The position numbers and the translations under genes are program-made. A stretch of DNA of 64,000 bases from Planctomycetaceae bacterium (GTDB lineage Bacteria > Planctomycetota > Phycisphaerae > Sedimentisphaerales > UBA12454). Positions 1 to 8,086 of this stretch are shown one piece after another. The DNA lies in contig JAJFVK010000021.1 of assembly GCA_021371795.1 (NCBI GenBank), positions 125,467 through 189,466 on the forward strand. The letters run 5' to 3'. A model generated the notes under the pieces. That model was not told where the DNA came from. It ran no database searches and saw only the letters and a program-made list of their open reading frames with translations. Position 1 is the first letter of the stretch, and each line of letters begins with the position of its first letter.

Positions 1-69
1 GCCGAAATGACCGGCGAACAACTTACAAGTCCTGTTATGGAGACTGAATCAACGCACTTCTATCAGTAA
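1..69 (+). CDS. 3' end of an upstream gene, partial (frame 1 is open from the window start to TAA at 67-69)
   Basis: Frame 1 translates ...AEMTGEQLTSPVMETESTHFYQ* and ends just before a terminator hairpin. Too short to assign a product. Confidence 0.3.
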   Translation, partial: AEMTGEQLTSPVMETESTHFYQ

Positions 70-102
70 AATTTAACAGGAAAATTGATAACAAAAAAAG
101 AA

Positions 103-135
103 CCCCGGCTCAAACCGGGGTTTTTTATTTTTTTA
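103..135. terminator. Bidirectional rho-independent terminator between convergent genes
   Basis: Hairpin ccccgg-ctcaaa-ccgggg at 103-120, preceded by an A-run (93-99) and followed by a T-run (121-135). Confidence 0.6.
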
Positions 136-154
136 TATTGCACAAAAAATTGTA

Positions 155-1276
155 CTAAGCATTGTCCAAACATTTTTTCAATGTCTTGATAACTAATGCC
201 GCGTCATCTTTTGACAGATTGTTATGGAACGGAATCGCGATAGTGCGTTTGCAGATTCCATCGGTAATTGGAAAATCGCCGTCTTTATAGCCGAACTTTT
301 CAACGATAAACGGCTGAAGCGTAACTGGCGGGAAGTAGTTGCTTACCTGAATACCTTCAGCGATCATCGCATTTAAAATTTCGTTTCTTTTCGCCGCGTA
401 AGGTTCTTTCAGACGAAGAACAAATACAAACCAACTCATTCTGCAATCGGCCGGTGCCTGCGGAACGATAACTCTGGTTTCATCGCGCAAAAGCTCCTGA
501 TATGTTGAGGCAACCTTTTGGCGTTTAGCGACAAACTCTTCAACCCTGTCAAGCTGACTTGAACCGAGTGCCGCGTTAATATCGCTCATTCTGAAATTAT
601 AGCCAAGCCTGTCGTGTGCAAGCCAGCCGCCGCCTTTGCCGCGTCCCTGATTCCGCAAAGACCGGCAAATATCCGCCAAATTCTCGTCATCGGTCAGGAT
701 CATACCGCCTTCGCCGGTGGTCATCTGTTTATTCGGATAAAACGCGAAATTGCTCATTGTGCTGTAGTTACCGACTTTTGTGCCTTTGATTTCAGCGCCC
801 AAGCCTTCGCAACTGTCTTCAATCACCGGCAAATTATGTTTCTTGCCGATTTCCCAAACTTTGTCCATACCGGCAGGATTTCCAAACACTACAACCGGCA
901 TAATCGCCTTTGTTTTTTTTGTGATTTTGGCTTCGATTTTTTTGTAGTCAATATTAAGAGTCGTCGGGTCAATATCCACAAACACCGGCTTGGCATCGAC
1001 CATCATAATTGAGTTTGTAGTAGCAATAAACGTAAACGGTGTTGTGATTACCTCATCGTCTGCGCCTATTCCTAATGCTTTAAGGCAGAGGAAAAGCCCG
1101 CTGGTGCCTGAATTTACAGCAATTCCATGTTTTCTGCCTATGTATTTGGCAAGTTTATTCTCAAATTCAGGAATTTTGGGACCGAGTGAAAGATTGGGTG
1201 TTTTAAGAACATCTACAACCGCTTTGATATCATTGTCGTTGATGTCCGGCCGAGAAAGAGGAACTCTAATATTCAT
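155..1276 (-). CDS. DegT/DnrJ/EryC1/StrS-family PLP-dependent sugar aminotransferase
   Basis: 373 aa. The N-terminus (PLSRPDI..DI.AV..VL, GxxSGTSGL, VITTPFTF, DSCEGLG) is typical of the DegT aminotransferase family. Confidence 0.8.
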   Translation of the reverse strand: MNIRVPLSRPDINDNDIKAVVDVLKTPNLSLGPKIPEFENKLAKYIGRKHGIAVNSGTSGLFLCLKALGIGADDEVITTPFTFIATTNSIMMVDAKPVFVDIDPTTLNIDYKKIEAKITKKTKAIMPVVVFGNPAGMDKVWEIGKKHNLPVIEDSCEGLGAEIKGTKVGNYSTMSNFAFYPNKQMTTGEGGMILTDDENLADICRSLRNQGRGKGGGWLAHDRLGYNFRMSDINAALGSSQLDRVEEFVAKRQKVASTYQELLRDETRVIVPQAPADCRMSWFVFVLRLKEPYAAKRNEILNAMIAEGIQVSNYFPPVTLQPFIVEKFGYKDGDFPITDGICKRTIAIPFHNNLSKDDAALVIKTLKKCLDNA

Positions 1277-1344
1277 ATAAGTTTGTCCCAGAAATAATAA
1301 TTTGCAACAGGTAAACCTAATTTAGCTTACCTGTTTAAAAGCAG

Positions 1345-1419
1345 TCGGGGAGACAAGATTTGAACTTGCGACCTCTGCGTCCCGAACGCAGCGCTCTAGC
1401 CAAGCTGAGCTACTCCCCG
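1345..1419 (-). tRNA. tRNA-Pro (anticodon CGG)
   Basis: Reverse complement folds as a cloverleaf: acceptor CGGGGAG/CTCCCCG with discriminator A, D-arm GCTC..GAGC, anticodon stem CTGCG/CGCAG with loop TTCGGGA, T-arm GCAAG-TTCAAAT-CTTGT. No CCA is encoded. Confidence 0.8.
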
Positions 1420-1486
1420 CAAAAAATGCGAGTTCAGAATTATATCACAACTAAATTAAAATACAATACTTTTTGTAACACCTTTT

Positions 1487-3814
1487 TTACAATAGGTTTA
1501 CGGGATCAACATCAACCTGCACCTGTACGGCAGAGGCCGCAGGCTTCAGGCCGCGGAATCGACTCAAAAGTTCGCCCAATTGCGCCGGTTTGACTGTTTG
1601 AAGGATAATCTGCATACGATGAAACCGCTGAATTCGCGAAATCGCCGCCGGCATCGGCCCGCTCATTTTAATATCGAATTTGCGAGCGGAAATTATTGCG
1701 ATAATCTGCTCTGCTATTTTTTTCGAGGCGTTTTCAAGTCTGTCAAATTTAATATCACGTATCCTGACAATCGCCAGTCTGCCGTAAGGCGGCAGCATAC
1801 ATGCGTGTCGAATTTTCAATTCTTCTTTTACAAACCCTTCGAAGTCATCATTAATCGCGTATTTAATCGCCGGCTGATTCGGCATAAATGTCTGAATATA
1901 AACCGTGCCGCCTTTGCTGCTTCTGCCGGCCCTGCCGGAAACCTGACATATCAACTGATACGTGCGCTCATTTGCGCGAAAGTCCGGCAATTGCAGCGAA
2001 GTATCCGCGCCAATTATTCCAACCAACGTAACATTCGGAAAGTGTAAACCCTTTGCCAAAATCTGCGTGCCGGCAAGAATATCAATTTTGCCGGCGTCGA
2101 AATCTCCAAGCAACTGATAGTAATTGTCCTTCTGCATCGAATCACTATCAACTCTTACAACTTTCGCCGTTGGAATTTTTAGTTTCAATTCATCCTCAAG
2201 TCTTTGCGTGCCCAGGCCAAGCATTGTTACATTCCCGCCGCAAACAGGACAGTTTTTCGGAACCAGCGTTTGCGACAGACAATAATGACAGACCGCAAAA
2301 CCGCCGGCAACTCTGCTCTTCAAATTCGGCGAATGCTGATGCTTTTCAGATTTGTGGAACGTCAGCGTAACATCGCAATTCCGGCATTTAAGCGAATATC
2401 GGCACGATGGGCAAAAAATAAAATTACTGTAACCCCTGCGATTGAGCATAAGAATCACCTGCTCTTTTTTTTGCAGAGTTTGTTTTATCGCGGCCTCCAG
2501 TTCAGGACTTAAAATATTCACGCCGCCCTTGTCGAATCCGCATTGCGACATATCGACGACTTTCATCTTCGGCTTTGGCAAATCCATTACACGCTTCGGC
2601 AGCGAAAGTTTCATAAAATGACTTTTCGCCGAGCAATTTCCCAGCGTTTCAAGCGAAGGCGTCGCGCTTCCCAAAACGCAAACCGCATCAGTAATTTGCG
2701 CCATTTTTATCGCGACATCCCTGCCGTTGTATCTGGGCGATGTATCCTGCTTATAACTCGGCTCGTGCTCCTCATCGACAACAATAATTCCCAACTGCCG
2801 CACAGGTGCGAAAATCGCGCTGCGCGCGCCGATAACAACTATCGGCGATGTATTGCGAATTTTCTGCCACTGCGCATTTCGCTGCGAAGCAGTCAACTGT
2901 GAATGTAATACAGCCAAATGGGCAAACCGCGTGCTAAAACGCTGAATAGTTTGTGCGGTCAGCGCAATTTCCGGAAGCAAAACGATTGCGCTTTTGCCCC
3001 TTTCAAGAACTTTTTCTATCGCACGGATATAAACTTCCGTTTTGCCGCTGTCGGTAACACCGTGCAGAAGCGCAACGGAAAATTTCTGCGATTCGATTTG
3101 TTTTTCAATCGCCGACAATGCGTTTTTCTGGTCGTCGTTCAAAACCACATTCGCGGTTTTTAAAATCATTCCCTTGGGCACAATCGGCAAATCTGAATAT
3201 ACCGTTTCACTTGTAAATTTCACAATGCCTGCCTGCAACAATTTTTTCACAGGCGCCATTGTTACATCGGCCTGCGAAAGCAATTTATCAACCTGTATCG
3301 CACTATCCTCATTATTTGCGCCGGCCTGCTGCAAAATCTCGATTAACTGTTTTTGTTTCTTTCCTTTGATTAATGCCAAATCAGAATTTTCCGTCAGATA
3401 TGCTGACTTAACGCTCTTTTTGCCGGTGTCGTGTTTTACCGCAGCCGGAAGCATTGCGCTCAATACTTCGCCCAATGGCGAAATATAATATTCGCTAATC
3501 CATTTGCCGATTTTTAAAAGTCTTTCATCGAGCAGCGGAGATTCATCTAAAACTTTTTTTACGATTTTTAATTTGTACGGAACGTTGGCAGTCTTCGCAT
3601 CTTTTATATCAATGCAAAACACTTTACAGGATTTATTGGATTTGCCGAACGGAACTTCCAGCCTTTGGCCGGGCACTACGGGCAGGAATTTATCCGGCAG
3701 AAGATAACTAAAAACATCATCCACACCGGCGTCAACGGCGACAGTTACAATATTACTGCACGGAACTTTTTCTTCCGATGTATCAAATAAACTATTCTCA
3801 AAGTGTCTGGACAT
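1487..3814 (-). CDS. priA: Primosomal protein N' / replication restart helicase PriA
   Basis: 775 aa. N-terminal 3'-DNA-binding region, DEAH-type helicase motifs (GVTDSGKTEVY, VVDEEH), a Cys-rich zinc-binding insert (CPSC..C..C, CPVCG) and a C-terminal domain. Confidence 0.85.
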   Translation of the reverse strand: MSRHFENSLFDTSEEKVPCSNIVTVAVDAGVDDVFSYLLPDKFLPVVPGQRLEVPFGKSNKSCKVFCIDIKDAKTANVPYKLKIVKKVLDESPLLDERLLKIGKWISEYYISPLGEVLSAMLPAAVKHDTGKKSVKSAYLTENSDLALIKGKKQKQLIEILQQAGANNEDSAIQVDKLLSQADVTMAPVKKLLQAGIVKFTSETVYSDLPIVPKGMILKTANVVLNDDQKNALSAIEKQIESQKFSVALLHGVTDSGKTEVYIRAIEKVLERGKSAIVLLPEIALTAQTIQRFSTRFAHLAVLHSQLTASQRNAQWQKIRNTSPIVVIGARSAIFAPVRQLGIIVVDEEHEPSYKQDTSPRYNGRDVAIKMAQITDAVCVLGSATPSLETLGNCSAKSHFMKLSLPKRVMDLPKPKMKVVDMSQCGFDKGGVNILSPELEAAIKQTLQKKEQVILMLNRRGYSNFIFCPSCRYSLKCRNCDVTLTFHKSEKHQHSPNLKSRVAGGFAVCHYCLSQTLVPKNCPVCGGNVTMLGLGTQRLEDELKLKIPTAKVVRVDSDSMQKDNYYQLLGDFDAGKIDILAGTQILAKGLHFPNVTLVGIIGADTSLQLPDFRANERTYQLICQVSGRAGRSSKGGTVYIQTFMPNQPAIKYAINDDFEGFVKEELKIRHACMLPPYGRLAIVRIRDIKFDRLENASKKIAEQIIAIISARKFDIKMSGPMPAAISRIQRFHRMQIILQTVKPAQLGELLSRFRGLKPAASAVQVQVDVDPVNLL

Positions 3815-4548
3815 AGGTGGGAATTATATCAGCAAAAATATTTGTTATCCAGCTACTAATCCGTAAATCCGCGCAGGAATTCGCGTGCGCAGGTTTGCAC
3901 AAAATTGCGCAGATGTGCGAAAACCTGCGCAGATTTTCATAGAAAACGCTTCAAAAAGCCTAAAAAACACATCAAAACCGTTTCAAAACACCCAAAAACC
4001 TCTTAAAACACCTTGACTGATTAATTTTTTAGGTCAGTTTTGGGCAAAAATAACAATTTTCAGCAAATAAATGTAACTGAATGAAAGTAAAATGAAGTAA
4101 AAACACAAAAAATGGTAGTGAAATTAAGTGAAATTACATAAAAAAATCAGGACATTCGGCGACTATAAAATCAGACGCAAGTAAGATGCAAAAGAGCAAA
4201 TAGACACAAATTTTCACCCCTCATTGTATGGCGTATTGTACCATATTTTTGTCTGTTTTTCAAGCATTTTTTTAATCGCAGATTACTCTGATGACGCTGA
4301 TTCTTTTGTAGCCACCAAGACATCCCCTTTGGTTTTGTTTTAAAGCAACAAAACCCTGAAGATTCGGGGACTTCCGCTCCGCTTCAGCCAAGGCACTAAG
4401 TTTAACATCCAACATCGAACGCTTAACGTTGAACTTCGAATGTGGAACGCTGCGTGGGAATTTTTAATTAAACTCAAAACTAAAATCTCTTAAAACGTAA
4501 AACCAAAATGTAAAATCTAAAATTAATATGAATGATTGGCCATAATCA

Positions 4549-5055
4549 TTATTCGGATGTAAGTATTAAGAGTTTCACGCCTTCTTTAGTAGATATTTCT
4601 TCAATTTGCTTTAACTTATCTTTATCTATAGGATTGGGAGCGATAATGGCCAAGACAGGAATTAAGTTTGTTGCATTTGCATAACAAATCGTCTGCCCTA
4701 AACCTTCTTTCCATTTTGGCAAAAAATCAACTTCAATTGCATAGCGGTCTGTAAGTATATCTGCACGGCCTAAATCTAATTTCACTTCAGTTTTCCCATT
4801 TATTAATTCCGCAAGAGCATTAGTCCATTCCTTTTCATGGGCTTCAACGGGAATCTGTAATTTTATCGTAGGAATTAATAATTCTGAGTTTTGTGCCAAA
4901 AGCTGAACAAGCGATTGAGGTGGTTTTGCCACGGCCATAGGTTGTTTTTTTGTTATTCTTGTAAACAAACCAACCAATGCAAAAATCACCACAATAACAA
5001 ATGCAACTTTGATTCCATAGTTTAATGAATGCTTCTGTTTAACAACAATACTCAT
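4549..5055 (-). CDS. Hypothetical protein with an N-terminal TM anchor (168 aa); second gene of the AT-rich two-gene cassette
   Basis: Hydrophobic helix VAFVIVVIFALVGLF near the N-terminus, followed by an alpha/beta soluble domain. A weak restriction-endonuclease-like signature (ADILTD..AIEVDFLPKWK) is present. AT-rich codon usage. The start lies 4 nt after the upstream stop. Confidence 0.5.
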   Translation of the reverse strand: MSIVVKQKHSLNYGIKVAFVIVVIFALVGLFTRITKKQPMAVAKPPQSLVQLLAQNSELLIPTIKLQIPVEAHEKEWTNALAELINGKTEVKLDLGRADILTDRYAIEVDFLPKWKEGLGQTICYANATNLIPVLAIIAPNPIDKDKLKQIEEISTKEGVKLLILTSE

Positions 5056-5059
5056 GACA

Positions 5060-6118
5060 TCACTTTCTTAGTAATACAAAAATAATAATTCCAATCACTA
5101 TGGCTATAACAATTATTACTGTATTGGTATTCTTCTTTACTGTGATGTTGGTATTTCCACTTGCTGTATTAAAAGTGGAACGAACTTCATAATCAGACTT
5201 ACTAGATTGCTCAAGTCCACGGACTGTCTGAACAGTCGCGGCCATATCTCTTGTACTATCATAAAATCGTTGATCCGCTTGAGCTTGTGCAACATCCAAT
5301 CCCAACTTTTCTTCTGCAATTTTTTTCCGCAGTTCATTTTTTTGACTTTCCGTCAATTCATCGAAAGTAAGATTTAAGAAACTGCCTTTAGCCTGTTGAA
5401 TAGCAAATGCTTTTTGCAAATCTTCTCTTCGAACCATTTCATTATTACCATTATTATCTGTCATAATAGCTCTCCATATAAATTGAAACAATGTTGGTTT
5501 TTCTTCTACAATTTTAACATAAATATCACCTTGTGGTAATGAAATATGGTGAGAAACTCTTTCTGTTCCTCTTACATTAGCGATAAAGCTTTCAATCCTG
5601 TTAAATTCAGCTTCAAGATAAGCTGTTCTCTGGACTGCTTCTTCCTTTTCTACAGCCTCTAAAAGCCTGTGGACAGCTTCCATATCACCACAACTAAGCC
5701 AAGTAGCCCTTTTAATTAAATTATCAGGATATTTAACACTTCCAGCATCTTTAATAATTTTATCAATCGCCGGCAATACTTTCTCACGCCAAGATTCCGG
5801 TGTAGCATCTATGTACAAGGTGTTTTTTTTTAGATAACGTTTTCTTAATTTTTTTATAAGTTCAAATCTTTGTTCTTTGGAGAGGTAATAAGGAAGGAGT
5901 TCAATCAGTCGCTCAGCCGTCTGGCCACTTAACGTAACGCGTCCTTCCTTCCAACTCCAGTATGTTTTTATTGCATACTGCGCTGGCCCTTGCCCATATT
6001 TCCGTTCATATTTCGCAAATAATTTGCCAAGCTCATATAATGATAAATTGAAAAATATTTCTTCAATGTCCTTGTCAACTCCTCCAAAAAGATGAGTAAG
6101 ATAATCGCGATAACTCAT
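5060..6118 (-). CDS. Hypothetical protein with a C-terminal TM anchor (352 aa); first gene of the AT-rich two-gene cassette
   Basis: No recognisable catalytic motif. The C-terminus VIIVIAIVIGIIIFVLLRK is a tail-anchor-like TM helix. SD GAGGTG lies 9 nt upstream of the ATG at 6118. AT-rich. Confidence 0.5.
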   Translation of the reverse strand: MSYRDYLTHLFGGVDKDIEEIFFNLSLYELGKLFAKYERKYGQGPAQYAIKTYWSWKEGRVTLSGQTAERLIELLPYYLSKEQRFELIKKLRKRYLKKNTLYIDATPESWREKVLPAIDKIIKDAGSVKYPDNLIKRATWLSCGDMEAVHRLLEAVEKEEAVQRTAYLEAEFNRIESFIANVRGTERVSHHISLPQGDIYVKIVEEKPTLFQFIWRAIMTDNNGNNEMVRREDLQKAFAIQQAKGSFLNLTFDELTESQKNELRKKIAEEKLGLDVAQAQADQRFYDSTRDMAATVQTVRGLEQSSKSDYEVRSTFNTASGNTNITVKKNTNTVIIVIAIVIGIIIFVLLRK

Positions 6119-6251
6119 TGGCTATGCACCTCAATCTTAGGTGCTAAACGAATGCCGGACAACAAAATCCAGAAGTCGTGCTGCGATATATTAGTAACTT
6201 CAAGCCTTGAAGTGTTTTTGCCACGCTTTAACGATTTCACTTTTATGTTCC

Positions 6252-6340
6252 TCAAAAAAAAATCCCGAATTTGATATACTATATCAAACTACCGCGTGGG
6301 CTAAAGCCCACCCTACCAATCACTGGTCGCCGTACCGGCG
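6252..6340 (-). terminator. Terminator region downstream of the histidine kinase gene (stem-loops plus a T9 run on the minus strand)
   Basis: Hairpins ggtcgcc-gtacc-ggcgacc (6321-6339) and gtgggc-taaa-gcccac (6296-6311), then palindrome aatttgatata-c-tatatcaaact (6265-6287) followed on the minus strand by T9 (6252-6260). Confidence 0.45.
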
Positions 6341-6362
6341 ACCGCTAAACACTAAACATCGT

Positions 6363-7979
6363 TTACGTTTCGTCCACACTAACGACGGGTAAATCGAGCC
6401 AGAAAGTAGCGCCTTGTCCTTCGGTGCTTTCGAGTCCGATTTTGCCGGAAAGCAGTTTCGCAAGTTCCGTACTTATCGCAAGGCCTAAGCCAGTGCCCTG
6501 CTGGGTTCGTGTGATTGAACCATCACCTTGACGGAATTTTTCAAATATCTTCTCCCTATCCTTTTCAGCAATGCCGGGGCCTGTATCGGTTATCGCAACT
6601 CTGACTGTCATGTGATCCGGCATAGAAGCTGTTATTTCAATTCTGCCATCTTCGGGTGTGAACTTCACAGCGTTACTCAACAGGTTATATAAAATCTGCT
6701 GGACTTTGCCGCCATCGGTTTTAATCCACGGTATTTGTTCGTCAATCGTAAGTTTGACTTTTAGTTTTTGCTTTTCGGTAAGCGGCGAGAAAAACGCAAC
6801 CAAACCGCGGCACAATTCCGGTATGCTGGTTTTGTCGAGATGCAGTTCGATTTTGCCGGATTCCATTTTCGCCATCTCGAGCAAATCATTAATCATCGTC
6901 ATAAGATTTTTGCCGCTGTTGACGATATTTTCAGCGTAACGTTTGCTCTTTACGGTATCTTCGGCGGGTTTTTCACGCAGGATTTCAGCAAAGCCGAGAA
7001 TCGCATTCAACGGCGTGCGAAACTCGTGCGACATATTGGCGAGAAATTCGCCTTTGAGTTTATTGGCCTTGAACAATTCGATATTGCGTTCTGAAAGCTC
7101 TGTAATCTTCTCATCGAGCTGCTTGTTTGCCTGGCGCAGTTTTTCCTGTCCCTGCACGAGATTATCAAGCATCGCATTGAGAGCATCGCCAAGACGTTCA
7201 AATTCGTCATTGGTTTTTATGCCGCAGCGGACTTCGAGATTGCCTTCGGAAACATTTTTGACAATAGCCCGCAACTGCCGAATCGGGCTCAAGATTATAC
7301 GCTGGGCGATAATATAAAACGCGACGATCGCGCCGGAACCTGCAAGCAGCACCGCGGCAAGAATACACATTCTGTTCATCAGAACGGTTTTGCTGATTTC
7401 ACGGCCGGGCATCTGCACGACTATCGCGCCAATCGGTTCGTCAAGCGTAAAGGTCGGCGCGGTACCTTCGGGACTGTGACAGGCAAGACAGGGTTTATGG
7501 GCACGGACAATGTTTATATATGTCGTTTCGACATTATTATTGACGTCAGAAATCCAGGTTTGTTCATCATCCGGCTGCTTATGCTTAACCAGTCGTCCAA
7601 TTTTTTTTGATAAATCGGCGTTGGCAAAATTCGCATCGGCCTGATTTTTCCATTTGCCCTCGGCATCAAGCCGCAGCCAGTGTACCCTGCTGGTTTGGTT
7701 CTGTTTAAGCGAGCCGCCTTCGTCGAGCATTAGAACTTTTTTTTCGGGAGTTTCGAGTTTGAAATGACGTTCGAAAACAGTGTTAACAACCGCTCTGCCG
7801 GCGTCTATCACGGATTTCTCCGTCAGCTTGTTCATCCACGAATATGGAATCAGCAGCGCAAGCACAAGTACCAGAATAATCGCCGTGCCGAAAAGCAATC
7901 TGCATTTGCCGGCCAAAGACACCGGCCGCAACCGCAGATAATCAAGAACAGTTCCAAAAAATTTTCCGGTACGACCCAT
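6363..7979 (-). CDS. Sensor histidine kinase with a periplasmic domain carrying a CxxCH haem c motif (HAMP + HisKA + HATPase_c)
   Basis: 538 aa. Two TM helices flank a ~145 aa periplasmic region that contains KPCLACH. Then HAMP, coiled coil, H-box MSHEFRTPLNAI, and N/G1/G2 boxes (NLLSNAVKFT, DTGPGI, GTGLGL). Confidence 0.8.
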   Translation of the reverse strand: MGRTGKFFGTVLDYLRLRPVSLAGKCRLLFGTAIILVLVLALLIPYSWMNKLTEKSVIDAGRAVVNTVFERHFKLETPEKKVLMLDEGGSLKQNQTSRVHWLRLDAEGKWKNQADANFANADLSKKIGRLVKHKQPDDEQTWISDVNNNVETTYINIVRAHKPCLACHSPEGTAPTFTLDEPIGAIVVQMPGREISKTVLMNRMCILAAVLLAGSGAIVAFYIIAQRIILSPIRQLRAIVKNVSEGNLEVRCGIKTNDEFERLGDALNAMLDNLVQGQEKLRQANKQLDEKITELSERNIELFKANKLKGEFLANMSHEFRTPLNAILGFAEILREKPAEDTVKSKRYAENIVNSGKNLMTMINDLLEMAKMESGKIELHLDKTSIPELCRGLVAFFSPLTEKQKLKVKLTIDEQIPWIKTDGGKVQQILYNLLSNAVKFTPEDGRIEITASMPDHMTVRVAITDTGPGIAEKDREKIFEKFRQGDGSITRTQQGTGLGLAISTELAKLLSGKIGLESTEGQGATFWLDLPVVSVDET

Positions 7980-8086
7980 AGTTAATTTAAGATTGAATAA
8001 TGAAGATTGAAAAATTTTAAATTACAATACCTTCGCCCGCAAACGTTTCCGTAAATCTTCAATCTTCATTCTTAAATATTCAATTT

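Noticed and set aside
614-1280. ORFs 614-1012 and 990-1280 on the plus strand inside the DegT aminotransferase gene
   Set aside because: They lie fully antisense to a well-supported CDS, have low-complexity translations and no SD. They are typical shadow ORFs. The same applies to antisense ORFs within priA, aspS, pnp and the other large genes in the track.
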